From Desulfurococcaceae archaeon (GTDB lineage: Archaea; Thermoproteota; Thermoprotei_A; Sulfolobales; NBVN01), in assembly GCA_020833415.1 (NCBI GenBank), contig JAJHQJ010000001.1, forward strand, positions 10,516 through 74,515: a stretch of DNA of 64,000 nucleotides. The letters run 5' to 3'. Each line of letters opens with the position of its first letter. The first letter of the stretch is position 1. Under the pieces are notes generated by a model. The model did not search any database and was not told the origin of the DNA. It saw only the letters and a list, made by a program, of their open reading frames with translations. This document shows positions 27,901-37,957 of this stretch, piece by piece. The position numbers were made by a program, and so were the translations under genes.

Positions 27901-29020
27901 TTAAATACTGCTAAGGCTGTAGCGCAGTATGGCTACTACTCCTCCGAAGGCCTTGTTTAGCCACTCGTACTCCATGAAGTCCTCACTAACTACTACAAGT
28001 TCTACTCCTCTATCCTCAGCGATCTTCTTGAACTCTGCTAAGTTCGGGTGATCTTCGGTTACTATCAGAGCCTCAACCGCACCAAGCTCTAAGGCTTTTC
28101 TAATCTCGGCCTCACCGTAGGTTGCAAGACCGTCATCCTTAGCTAGGTGGTACTTAAACTTCTCTAGTACATCCCTGACCCTATGGTACTTGGTCTCCTT
28201 TATAAATTCCCTAGCCCTCTCGACGAGTTCCCTGAGCCCTGGCTCACCTTGGGAACTTACATCGACGGGGCCTCCAATAATAATCTTCTGAAGTCTATAG
28301 TCAAGGAATGAGCCTTTAATGAAGTCGATCTTGGAGTAACCCGGCCCACCTATTAGTATCCCCTTAAGTTTACCACCCTCCAGTAGCGGCACGAAGTAGT
28401 TATTAGCCTTCTCAGCAACCTTCTTGTAGAACTCCTCGACCATCTCCTCTATAATCCTATCAAACCTTCTCTGAGACCAGCCTCCCTTTGTATGCTTACC
28501 CGGTATGTAGCCTTCAAGCTCGTCCAGTACTACTATAGAACCTCCCTTAAGTAGCCCTATAGTAGCCTCGTCTCTCTCTACTACTATAAGGCCGTAGACA
28601 TCGCTCTCCTCGATCATGCTCTCCAGGAACTCGGTATGGAAGTACTTGTCAGTTCTATAGAAGAAGACGCTGACAGGCTCCGGAGGGGAGAACACCAGGA
28701 CTATGGTCTCACCGGTTTCATCGTGCTCCCCAGCGAACACTATGAGACCGTTCGGAGGGGTTTTAGGTATCTTTAGTAGCCTATCTATAGCAGCTTCTAA
28801 GGCGAACTGAACTTTAGACCTAGTCCTCTTTAGCTTAATGTTCTCAGTTATGGAGAGCTCCTGCCTGAGTAGGCCTACTACATCGCTTATAGGTCTACCA
28901 GGTGGTATGTAGAGCGACAGAAGTGTAGTTGCGTGTGCACTCCACTTCTTCAGCTCCCTAATTATGGGCTTAAGCTCCTCCTTCCCGATAGTTAGGTTAC
29001 CGGAGCTAAATGCCCAACAC
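27901..29020 (-). CDS. prf1: peptide chain release factor aRF1; needs a +1 frame change after codon 4 (or has an unannotated start)
   Basis: ELKKWSAHATTLLSLYIPPGRPISDVV N-domain, GGWSQRRF (GGQ motif), C-domain. The conserved frame has no ATG/GTG/TTG between 29043 and 28741. GTG 29020 is in the neighbouring frame. See findings. Confidence 0.85.
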
Positions 29021-29035
29021 CTCGGGACGTACGGG

Positions 29036-29410
29036 CTATGTACCTAGTTCGCTAGGCTTTGCAGCTCTTATAGTTACTAAGCTGTTATCGGCGATGCCGA
29101 CATTCCTTAAGTCAGAGCTACCCCAGACCTCCCCTCTCGGGACATTCTCATTAAGTACTGTTTTTAGTTTAACCCTCTTCCTGTGTACTGAGATCTCCGC
29201 GTAATCGCCTACAGAAAGCTCCTTAGCGAGCTCCGGGTTTAGGTGTATAGTACCGGGTTTGACCTCGGGGTTGTACTTAAGCCTAATCCTCATCTCCGTA
29301 ACGACCTTCCCCCGCTTCCTAAGCTCCTCAGCTGGAGGGATTACTGCTAGTAAAGCCTTTATATCCCTCTTCTTACCTGCCTCCTCAGGACTCTGTACCG
29401 ATTCCTGCAA
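29036..29410 (-). CDS. small beta-barrel protein resembling a molybdopterin-binding (FwdD / Molydop_binding-like) domain
   Basis: IHLNPELAKELSVGDYAEIS...VKLKTVLNENVPRGEVWGS follows the pattern of that double-psi barrel. Lies between moeA and prf1. Confidence 0.4.
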   Translation of the reverse strand: MQESVQSPEEAGKKRDIKALLAVIPPAEELRKRGKVVTEMRIRLKYNPEVKPGTIHLNPELAKELSVGDYAEISVHRKRVKLKTVLNENVPRGEVWGSSDLRNVGIADNSLVTIRAAKPSELGT

Positions 29411-29445
29411 CCTCCCCCTGCCACCAACTAAAGAAATCCACGAAA

Positions 29446-30729
29446 CTACTTATAAGCTTGAGAGTTGGTGTTTGCGTGCGGTACCGTAGTGAAGGGCTTA
29501 ATCGAGGAGCAATCCACTAGTGGATTTACCAGAGTAGCTATAATCTCGCTACCCTCCTCATAGCCTTCACTATCTTCCGGTACCTCAACTACAGCGTTCC
29601 CTCTTATTAGGGTTGACAGTATCCCGGAGCCGGTAAGCCTTAGAGGTACTATAAGCACCTCACCCCCCTCAATACAGGCTACGGCACGGTAGAATGACCT
29701 AAAACCTGGTTCGTTTGGTAACCTCCTGGTAAGCCTACCGCGGACGGTGGGCTTAGGTTCAGGTATACCATTGAAGAGCTTGTAGATCAGCGGTCTAAGG
29801 AATAGCTCTAGGCTTATGTAGGCGGCTACTGGAAGCCCTGACACTAATAGAACGGGTTTTCCATCGATAACGTATGCTCCACAGGTTCTACCAGGTCTTA
29901 CTCTAACGCCGTGGAATACCCTTCTACCACGTCCCAGGGATTCCAAAGCCCTAGAGCTTAGGTCCCTATCACCTACCGACGTACCTCCGGTTACTATAAC
30001 AACATCCGAAATTCCTAGGGATCTTTCAACAGCCGTAGCTATATCCCCTACACTATCCGGTACTACGTACGTTAAGGCTACTTCTCCCCCAAGTTCAACT
30101 ATATACGAGACTACCAGAGGGAGGGTATAGTTAGGTATAACCCCCTTCACCAACTCGCTTCCAGTACTGACTACGGAGACTCTAACATCCCTAAAGACCT
30201 CTACCTCCTCGTAACCTGAAGCCTTTAGAGCGGCTACGTGCCACGGTCTCAATCTAGTACCCCTACGCACTACTATATCGCCAGCACGGAGGTCCTCCCC
30301 CTTAAATGAGATGTTAGCGTATCTAGGATAGCTTCGGTAAACGTAGACCCTATCCCCAACTACTCTACAGTACTCTATAGGGATAACGACGTCGGCACCC
30401 GTAGGTATGGGAGCTCCCGTCGAGACTCGAACCGCCTCAGAGCGACGTATTGCAGGTACTTCATTCGAGTCTACGTCTACAGACCCGATAACCTTAAGTA
30501 AAACCGGGCTTCCTTCAGAAGCACCCACGATGTCCGCGAAAGATGCTGCAAAGCCATCTACCGCGGATCTATTAAACGGAGGTACATCAACTTTTGATAC
30601 ATAGTCTCTGTACGAATACCTACCCACCGAGCTGGTGAGGTCTACTACCTCACTAGCTATCTCTACGTTAACCTCTTCAAGTAGTCTCCTTAGAGCCTCC
30701 TCGTAACTTATTAACTCTAAGCGGGACAT
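29446..30729 (-). CDS. moeA: molybdopterin molybdenumtransferase MoeA
   Basis: 427 aa, four-domain MoeA layout, VIVTGGTSVGDRD motif. Confidence 0.85.
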   Translation of the reverse strand: MSRLELISYEEALRRLLEEVNVEIASEVVDLTSSVGRYSYRDYVSKVDVPPFNRSAVDGFAASFADIVGASEGSPVLLKVIGSVDVDSNEVPAIRRSEAVRVSTGAPIPTGADVVIPIEYCRVVGDRVYVYRSYPRYANISFKGEDLRAGDIVVRRGTRLRPWHVAALKASGYEEVEVFRDVRVSVVSTGSELVKGVIPNYTLPLVVSYIVELGGEVALTYVVPDSVGDIATAVERSLGISDVVIVTGGTSVGDRDLSSRALESLGRGRRVFHGVRVRPGRTCGAYVIDGKPVLLVSGLPVAAYISLELFLRPLIYKLFNGIPEPKPTVRGRLTRRLPNEPGFRSFYRAVACIEGGEVLIVPLRLTGSGILSTLIRGNAVVEVPEDSEGYEEGSEIIATLVNPLVDCSSIKPFTTVPHANTNSQAYK

Positions 30730-30870
30730 CCCCCAGGACCTCCAAGTTAGAGGGAAGTTATTTTAATATATCTACAACGCACTTCACATAACGCTCATTA
30801 AGCTACCTATGGGGTTATCTAGGTCTCAACGAACTTGGGAAGACCTCTCGGTGCGGAGCTCTTAGATTTC

Positions 30871-31163
30871 CTACGTCTCCTCCCCTCCGGATTCCTCCTC
30901 ACTAAGCAAGTCGAGGAATATCTCGTAGAATTCCTCCTTCTCCTGCTCTATCTCCTCCTGACTCCTACCAGCACCACGACCCTCGCTGACCACTGAGGTG
31001 GTCTTAACCCTACCCCCAGTACTGGGTTTACCCGAGAGTTTGTAACCGCCTCCACGACCGGACCTCTCCTCGTAGCCACAGTTAGGGCACTTATAGACGT
31101 ACGTGTCACCACTCCGCTGGGGAATCATTACCGTACCACACTTGGGGCAAAACTTCGTTCCAT
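30871..31163 (-). CDS. Zn-ribbon protein with long acidic C-terminal tail; first CxxC lies upstream of the listed Met and 1 nt out of frame with the promoter-proximal ATG
   Basis: KFCPKCGTVMIPQ...YKCPNCGYEE ribbon (TFS/RpoM N-ribbon-like), Gly-rich linker, tail EEIEQEKEEFYEIFLDLLSEEESGGEET. Confidence 0.6.
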
Positions 31164-31191
31164 CTCACCTCAGATACTGGCTCGTTAGGTG

Positions 31192-31199
31192 TTTATAAA
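31192..31199 (-). promoter_or_regulatory. TATA box (TTTATAAA, palindromic) upstream of the Zn-ribbon gene
   Basis: 29 nt upstream of ATG 31163-31161. GAGGTGA lies just before the ATG. Confidence 0.45.
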
Positions 31200-31296
31200 C
31201 TTTTCCCAGCTTTGATCCGTGTTCAGCTAATGTGTTACTCGCAGGGGCTGTAGTTAAAAAGTTCCGAATCCGGAACCCTTATGGTGGCTAGACCGG

Positions 31297-32187
31297 ATGA
31301 AGGTAGCTATAATACACGAAGCACCGGTACCTACATCTAGTAGTAGACAACTTATGATGGCCTTCATGAAGAGGGCCGTTAAGGTGGTCTACCTAAGGCT
31401 TTCAAGGTTAACTTCTTACATCTCAAACTCTGGTAGCTGGGTAGGTGTTGGAGCAGATGTTCGACTAGACGACTTAGATGTTGCGGTAGTTAGGGGTTTG
31501 GGTAGCGTTGCTACTCTTGAAACACTCCTCCGTCGCGTAAACGTTTTAAAGCAGATGGAAGGCCTTGGAGTTCTCGTAGTAAACCCCATAGAGTCCATCC
31601 TAAAAGCACGTGACAAGCACCTATCACTGATGGAACTAAGGAGAGCGGGTCTCTCAGTACCGGATACTGCCGTTGTAGAGGACGTTTTTGATGCTGTTGA
31701 GATAGCTAAGAAGTGGGGTAGAGTCGTCATAAAACCACTAGTAGGTAGTATGGGCTATGGTAGTATTCTAGCTAGCGACCCGGATATGGTGTACAATGTA
31801 GGAAGACTTCTCCAGATGCACGGCCTCCCGATATACGTACAGAAGTATACGCGTAAATACGAGAGGGATATTAGAGTAATCGTCATAGGGGATAAGGTCC
31901 TGGGTGCTATGTACCGCTACTGTCCAGAGGGTACGTGGAAGACCAATGTCTCTCAAGGTGCTAGAACTGAGGCTATGGAGCTCACTCCAGAGCTGGCTGA
32001 AGTAGCATTAAGAGCTACTAAGACCTTGAACCTACTGTACTCAGGCGTAGATATAGGGGAGACTGACGAGGGGTACGTAATCTACGAGGTTAACGCAACA
32101 CCACAGTGGGAAGGATTCGCAAGAGCTACTGGGATAAACCCCGCCGAACACATAGCTGACCTAGTTATTCAGCTAGTAAAGAGCTGA
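31297..32187 (+). CDS. ATP-grasp ligase of the RimK / LysX family
   Basis: VVIKPLVGSMGYG, RDIRVIVIGDKVLGAMYR, WKTNVSQGA, GVDIGETDEGYVIYEVNATPQW. Confidence 0.8.
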   Translation: MKVAIIHEAPVPTSSSRQLMMAFMKRAVKVVYLRLSRLTSYISNSGSWVGVGADVRLDDLDVAVVRGLGSVATLETLLRRVNVLKQMEGLGVLVVNPIESILKARDKHLSLMELRRAGLSVPDTAVVEDVFDAVEIAKKWGRVVIKPLVGSMGYGSILASDPDMVYNVGRLLQMHGLPIYVQKYTRKYERDIRVIVIGDKVLGAMYRYCPEGTWKTNVSQGARTEAMELTPELAEVALRATKTLNLLYSGVDIGETDEGYVIYEVNATPQWEGFARATGINPAEHIADLVIQLVKS

Positions 32188-32482
32188 GACACCCCCCAAG
32201 GGAGGAATCAGGTTTTAGGATGTTTCAAAGGGCTGGATCCCCCTTAGGGTGGTTCACTGGTTCTCTACATCTATCATCTGCGGGGCAGTAAGGAGGGCCG
32301 AGCTCCCTTCATCTTAACCAGTTTACGTAGTTGCCTACCCCGCATCCCCGTGGAGGGCTTAGGGGTAACCACATCCATGTAACCTCATCACCGGGAACTA
32401 CCAATCAGGGAAAGGCTATAAGCTTTCCATCCTTAGAAGGGCGTGGCTTTAAGTTTTAAGGAAAAACTTACTTAGGCTTTAC

Positions 32483-34138
32483 CTACTCCTCCTCTTTCTT
32501 TTCTTTCTTTTCCTCCTTCTTCTCCTCTTTAGCTCTCGATGCTGCTATTACGTCATCTATTCTCAGTATCATAGTGGCAGCCTCAGTACCGGCCTTAATG
32601 GCGTTGATTTTGACTACAAGGGGCTCTATGACCCCCATCTTCCTGGTGTCCTCTATGTTTCCAGTAAATACGTTAATTCCGTAGTACTTGCCGCCTGGCT
32701 GGCTATGAGTCCTCCTTAGCTCGCTTAGCTTCTCGATCGGGTCTAGACCGGCGTTCTCTACTAGGGTTGCCACTATACCTTCTAGAGCCTTAGCGAAGGC
32801 CTCTATTGCCAAGGACTCCTTACCGCCGACCTTATTCGCGTACCCCTTGATGTGCCTGGCTAACTCTATTTCAAATGCTCCAGCTCCGTAGACTATCTTC
32901 GGCACCTTCACTACATCTGCTACAACGCTGAGAGCGTCTCTAAACACCCTCTCAGCCTCGTCAACTATTCTCTCTAAGCCTCCTCTAATGACTATGCTCA
33001 CTGCCTTCGGATTCTTAGTACCCTCCACAAACACCATCTTATCCTCTCCAACCTTTCTCTCCTCTACTAGCTCAGCGTAGCCTAAGTCGTTTTCGGTGAG
33101 GTCCTCTACGTTGCTTACTATCCTACCTCCAGTAGCTCTCTCAAGTTTCTCCATGTCCGACCTCTTAACCCTTCTAACAGCTAGTATACCCCTCTTAGCT
33201 AGGAAGTGCTGAGCTACGTCATCAATACCCTTCTGACATATAACAACGTTAGCACCTACAGACACTATCTTATCGACCATCTCCTTCAGTATGTTCTCCT
33301 TCTCCTCCAGGAATTTCCTCATCTGCTCCGGGTCACTTATCCTTATCTCAGCGTCTATCTCAGTCTTCTCTATCTCTAGCGGAGCATCTAGTAGGGCTAT
33401 CCTAGCCCTCTCAACCCTCTTAGGCATACCTGGGTGGACTACCTCCTTGTCTAATACGATACCGTATACTAGCTTCGTATCGGCTAGGGAGCCTCCGTGC
33501 TTCTTTATTATCTGGACGTTATCGATGTCTACGTACTTCCTACCCCCCCTCTCTTCAACTATCTGCAGAACAGCCTTTACAGCTATCTCTGCGAAGTAGT
33601 CCCTAACACCGTGCACAGCCTTACTTGTTAAGGCTGTTGAGGCTATATTCTTTAAGGTTTCAAAGTCCTGGATGTCAACATCCTCTGCGAGCTCCTGTGC
33701 ATATCTACTTGCCTCCTCTAAGGCCTTCTTGTATCCGTTAACTATTACGACCGGGTGAACGTTCTTCTCTAATAGCTCCTCAGCGGCCTTAAGTAGCTCT
33801 CCAGCGAAGATTACCGATGTCTTAGTTCCGTCGCCAACCTCCTCGTCCTGGCCCTTAGCAATCTGGACAAGCATCTTGGCAGCTGGGTGCTGGACATCCA
33901 TTTTATCGAGTATGGTAGCACCGTCGTTAGTTATCGTAACGTCGCCTATAGTGTCTACAAGCATCTTGTCCATACCGCGAGGTCCGTACGTGGTCCTGAG
34001 CATCTCAGCTATCGTTATAGCAGCCATCATGTTGTTCCTCAGGGCCTCGAAGCCGGCCGTCCTAGTAGACCCCTCCTTGAGTATTAGGACTGGAATACCC
34101 TGAGTTGGTACTATAGCAGCCTTAGCCTTCTCCGCCAT
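32483..34138 (-). CDS. ths: thermosome subunit (group II chaperonin)
   Basis: [30 protein letters not shown]-type motif ([10 protein letters not shown]), Lys/Glu-rich C-terminal tail. Confidence 0.95.
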   Translation of the reverse strand: MAEKAKAAIVPTQGIPVLILKEGSTRTAGFEALRNNMMAAITIAEMLRTTYGPRGMDKMLVDTIGDVTITNDGATILDKMDVQHPAAKMLVQIAKGQDEEVGDGTKTSVIFAGELLKAAEELLEKNVHPVVIVNGYKKALEEASRYAQELAEDVDIQDFETLKNIASTALTSKAVHGVRDYFAEIAVKAVLQIVEERGGRKYVDIDNVQIIKKHGGSLADTKLVYGIVLDKEVVHPGMPKRVERARIALLDAPLEIEKTEIDAEIRISDPEQMRKFLEEKENILKEMVDKIVSVGANVVICQKGIDDVAQHFLAKRGILAVRRVKRSDMEKLERATGGRIVSNVEDLTENDLGYAELVEERKVGEDKMVFVEGTKNPKAVSIVIRGGLERIVDEAERVFRDALSVVADVVKVPKIVYGAGAFEIELARHIKGYANKVGGKESLAIEAFAKALEGIVATLVENAGLDPIEKLSELRRTHSQPGGKYYGINVFTGNIEDTRKMGVIEPLVVKINAIKAGTEAATMILRIDDVIAASRAKEEKKEEKKEKKEEE

Positions 34139-34389
34139 CTTTACACTCCCGTAGATCTTACATAAAACTCTTCTATTTAAGCTTTTATGCAGCCCCAGGT
34201 AGGGGTCTTCTAGAACCCGGCACTAGAGCCAGACGGGACTCTTACGGTAGGTGATTGAGTGACCTCAGCGTAACGCTGATAAGGCATCGGTACCTACTTG
34301 CCGGGTACACATCATCGGCTCCGAAGTCCTACTTTCTAAGAGAGCTTTAATGCTTTTATCCTAGACCTCTAGAGGACCTAGGGGTAGCT

Positions 34390-34647
34390 GTGATAAGAGT
34401 TAGCCGCGAAGCTGTCTACAGGTTTAGGAAGGGGGGTGTCGAGGGGGTGGTAGAGATAGTAGCAGGACCGCGAACTAGGTACGTAGTGCTACACAAAGTC
34501 CTTAAGGGTAAGTACACGATCGAAGATAGAGAGGAGGAGTGGAATCTCCTAGAGCACCAGGCCTTTAAGGATGTAAAGGACGTGGTCGTAGACTACGGTG
34601 AACTACCTCTAGACATTAGGAGGGCTTTAGCCAGGGCTAGGAGTTGA
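34390..34647 (+). CDS. small hypothetical protein
   Basis: 85-aa ORF with a GTG start. No motif recognised. Confidence 0.35.
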   Translation: MIRVSREAVYRFRKGGVEGVVEIVAGPRTRYVVLHKVLKGKYTIEDREEEWNLLEHQAFKDVKDVVVDYGELPLDIRRALARARS

Positions 34648-34662
34648 TACTGGGGTCCCGCC

Positions 34663-35814
34663 TCAGTAGTAATCTCCTAGAAGCCATACGTTACCCACGT
34701 AGACCTCCTCAAGCCCCGCTTTGCGAGCTTCGGCATAGGCCTCCTCGGCGTGCCGCCTACTGGTCTTCGGCAGGTCTCTGAGGATATTGTCTGGGTGGAA
34801 GGCTAGGAGTACGTAAGGTATCCGGGGGTTTACCGAGGCTATGTAGTTAGCTATCTGACCAACCTCGTAAGCATCTACGTAACCAGGTACCAGTAGGGTA
34901 CTCACCGTAAGTAGTGGAGGCTCCTCCCTCTCCTTAGCCAACCTAGCTACTATCCTTACGTTGGTCTTCACCCTCTCTACAGCCTTACGTCCGTCCACAC
35001 CGGTTAAGGCCTCGTAGATCTCTGGGGTCCACGCCTTCCAGTCGATCTTAACTATCCCCCCGGATACTAAGCTCACCCCAGCCATGCTCTCCATAATCTT
35101 CGGATTCTCGAGACCGTTGGTCTCCCAGCAAACCCTCTTAACCGACCCGGAGGGAGCTTCAGATAGTAGTTTACGTGAGGCTGCGAGGGCGTGAACCACC
35201 TGGGGACCCGGATCACCACCGAAGTAGCACACGCAGGTTACCCTAGGGTTGAGGGCGGCTTCGACCAGCTCCTCTACGGACTTAAAGTACCTCCTCCTAG
35301 CGTACTCATTTACGAGTACGCTCTTATGTTCCCAGTTCTGACAGAAGAGGCAATCCAAGTTACAGGCGAAGTAGAAGACTGCTAGATTATAGTAGCCAAC
35401 CTCAATACCCCTAAATGCGGTGTACTTCGGGTACCCCCTAGAGGTATTAGCCGGGCACACTGGACCGGCGACGCAGTTAGTGGGGTGTGGGTCGTAGTAC
35501 CACATAACTAGGCCGACGTCGGGTCTTCCAGTAATCGGAGATAGCCTGCCGCCTAGGTTACGCCAGAACCCGCAGTAACCCGTAGAGCCTTGGGGTATTT
35601 CACACTCATTAACACATAAACCGCACCTAACGCCACCTCCCCGGGGAACCTCCTCAGGTAGTCCTAGTTCACGCCTGTAACTCCTATGGGTGGAGCGGGC
35701 TGGCTCAAGAGCCTTAGGACCGTGGACTCTGAGGCAGTTAGAGCACGCACCTATGAAACTACTCACAATCTTAGATCTAGTACCGCATATCCCACACACC
35801 CCCACAACCCACAC
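34663..35814 (-). CDS. radical SAM protein (pyruvate formate-lyase-activase-like, COG1180 type) with N-terminal Cys-rich segment
   Basis: CNLDCLFCQNWEH CxxxCxxC cluster. N-terminal CGICG...CSNC. Confidence 0.8.
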   Translation of the reverse strand: MWVVGVCGICGTRSKIVSSFIGACSNCLRVHGPKALEPARSTHRSYRRELGLPEEVPRGGGVRCGLCVNECEIPQGSTGYCGFWRNLGGRLSPITGRPDVGLVMWYYDPHPTNCVAGPVCPANTSRGYPKYTAFRGIEVGYYNLAVFYFACNLDCLFCQNWEHKSVLVNEYARRRYFKSVEELVEAALNPRVTCVCYFGGDPGPQVVHALAASRKLLSEAPSGSVKRVCWETNGLENPKIMESMAGVSLVSGGIVKIDWKAWTPEIYEALTGVDGRKAVERVKTNVRIVARLAKEREEPPLLTVSTLLVPGYVDAYEVGQIANYIASVNPRIPYVLLAFHPDNILRDLPKTSRRHAEEAYAEARKAGLEEVYVGNVWLLGDYY

Positions 35815-35915
35815 CTAAGGAGCCCTAGGTTAGGTAGCTAATATTGTGAGAAAGAGCGTAGCCGCGGTAGGATTACTACGCGAATTTCCCTGCATAGCTT
35901 CCAACGGGTGTAGTC

Positions 35916-36515
35916 CTACTCCTGGAGAGACAGGACCCCGGAGCTAAGTAAGCTACGTACTACGTCCTCCCTCTCAAGCCAGTCCACGAATACCCTACAC
36001 TCCCTAACTCCCTGAAGTACCTCGATGACCTCCTTCGAGATATCCTCAGGTCCCCTACCGCTAGCATCGATTTCGCATACCTTACTTCGCGGGTGCTCAG
36101 CTAGTGCGTTAGCTGTGCATACTCCTATCAGCTCTGCCTCGACGTTGCCCAGTACCTTAGCCGGGGGCCAACCCCTCCTCCTAAGTCTTTCGAGAAGCTC
36201 GACGGGGTTCAGCCTTATTACAAAGAGCTTCTCCAGGATATCGTCATCTACTATCTCACTGTAGTGTCCAACAACTATAACCACACCCCTCTTCATGGCC
36301 AAGGTCCTTACGTACTCCTTCACGCGGGACTCGTCTATAACGTAGCTAAGGGTCTCACTATCGTAACCCACATAGAGAAGCTCCTTGAGGACGACCTCGC
36401 TGAGCTCAATAACCTCCGCACCGAGAGCTTCGGCTAGGTGTCTCGCTATCAAAGACTTACCAACACCTGGGGTACCGCTAATAGCTATTACCCTAGCGGG
36501 AACCCCCCTGCTCAA
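35916..36515 (-). CDS. adenylate-kinase-like NTPase (Fap7 / AK6 family)
   Basis: P-loop ISGTPGVGKSL at the N-terminus, about 190 aa. Confidence 0.6.
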   Translation of the reverse strand: MSRGVPARVIAISGTPGVGKSLIARHLAEALGAEVIELSEVVLKELLYVGYDSETLSYVIDESRVKEYVRTLAMKRGVVIVVGHYSEIVDDDILEKLFVIRLNPVELLERLRRRGWPPAKVLGNVEAELIGVCTANALAEHPRSKVCEIDASGRGPEDISKEVIEVLQGVRECRVFVDWLEREDVVRSLLSSGVLSLQE

Positions 36516-36649
36516 ACCCCTCTCAAACCTCGCTGACTACGATCTACCAGAGCTTTAAGTTCTTAACTCGTCCCAGCAGCTAGATCCCGAGTACCCCACC
36601 CCGGAGCAGCTCCGCCAGCAAACTCCCTTCGGGGTCTAAGCAGCGTGAT

Positions 36650-37957
36650 GTGGTTCCGTTCCATATTTTAATTCTAGGCTCTCCAAATCTGGGGGTACTG
36701 CTGAGGAGGCTCCCACGCCATCCCGTGGAGGATATTAGGGGTAAGCTTAGTAAGTCCCTCGCCGGTAAGTCCATAGCCCTGGGGGTGACCTCGTCCGTAT
36801 CCATGTACAGGAGCCTAGACCTAGCTAGGGAGCTCATAAGGTTGGGGGCTGATGTTCACGTAGTAATGAGCCCCGAGGCCGCTAGGTACATCCACCCACG
36901 GCTCTTCGAGTGGGCTACAGGTAATAACGTCTTCGTGAGGTTCTCAGGTGAGGTAGGACATATAGCTCTAGCCGAGCTCTGCGATGTCTACGTAATCGCC
37001 CCAGCAACGGCTAACACTATAGCTAAGATCGCTTACGGAATCTCCGACACTTCCGTAACGGTACTAGCACAGTCCTTCCTAGGACTTGGGAAACCCGTGG
37101 TGGTCGTCCCGGCAGCACACTACAGCTTAATAAAGTCCCCACCGATTTCCGGGGCTTTAAAGAAGCTCGAGGATATGGGTATCACCGTGGTACCTCCATA
37201 TGTGGAGGAGGGTAGGGCTAAGTACCCACCGATCGAGGATATAGTTATAGCTACAGAAGCGTCGACTCTGAGGGGTAAGGACTTTAAAGGTATCCGCATC
37301 CTAGTTACGGCAGGTCCAACTAGGGAGTATATGGATAGGGTTAGGTATCTAACTAACGCTAGCTCCGGTAAGATGGGCGTGGCTATAGCCAAGGAGGCTT
37401 ACTTCAGGGGTGCTGAAGTAACCCTAGTCCGCGGACCGCTAAGTGTAGAGGTACCCTACTACGTAAGGTCCGTAGCCGTAGTATCGACCAAGGAAATGCT
37501 AGAAGCAGTTCTAGCGGAGCTTTCGAGGAGTAGCTACGATGTAGTCATCCTAGCGGCAGCCCCCGTTGACTTCGGGTTCCCGCATACTTTTGAAGGAAAA
37601 GTGAGTAGCGATATCAATGAGCTTAAGGTAACCCTAGTCCCTACACCTAAGATATCACTAGAGGTTAGGTCTGTGTTTAAAGGTCTTCTAGTAGGTTTCG
37701 CAGCGGAATTCGCGCAAGGGAACGCTAGTGAGCTGATTTCGAAGGCCCGGGATAAGCTAGCAAAGAGGGGTTTCGACATCATCGTAGCCAACGATATAAG
37801 TAGACCCGATATAGGCTTCTCATCCGAGTATAACGAGGTTGCCATAATCGATAGCTCAGGTACCGTAGAATTTGTTAGCAAGACACGGAAGGTTGAGGTA
37901 GCGAGGAGGGTACTCGACTACGTGGTGAAGTATATTAGAGAAAGGAGTCGGGGTTGA
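36650..37957 (+). CDS. coaBC: bifunctional phosphopantothenoylcysteine decarboxylase / synthetase
   Basis: Flavoprotein N-domain (GVTSSVSMYRS, APATANTIAK) and CoaB C-domain (ITNASSGKMG). Confidence 0.85.
   Translation: MVPFHILILGSPNLGVLLRRLPRHPVEDIRGKLSKSLAGKSIALGVTSSVSMYRSLDLARELIRLGADVHVVMSPEAARYIHPRLFEWATGNNVFVRFSGEVGHIALAELCDVYVIAPATANTIAKIAYGISDTSVTVLAQSFLGLGKPVVVVPAAHYSLIKSPPISGALKKLEDMGITVVPPYVEEGRAKYPPIEDIVIATEASTLRGKDFKGIRILVTAGPTREYMDRVRYLTNASSGKMGVAIAKEAYFRGAEVTLVRGPLSVEVPYYVRSVAVVSTKEMLEAVLAELSRSSYDVVILAAAPVDFGFPHTFEGKVSSDINELKVTLVPTPKISLEVRSVFKGLLVGFAAEFAQGNASELISKARDKLAKRGFDIIVANDISRPDIGFSSEYNEVAIIDSSGTVEFVSKTRKVEVARRVLDYVVKYIRERSRG

Noticed and set aside
28738-28740. GTG at 28740 (listed ORF start) as the true aRF1 start
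   Set aside because: It would remove ~95 residues of in-frame sequence that carries the conserved aRF1 N-domain (LSLYIPPGRPISDVV..NIKLKRTR..).
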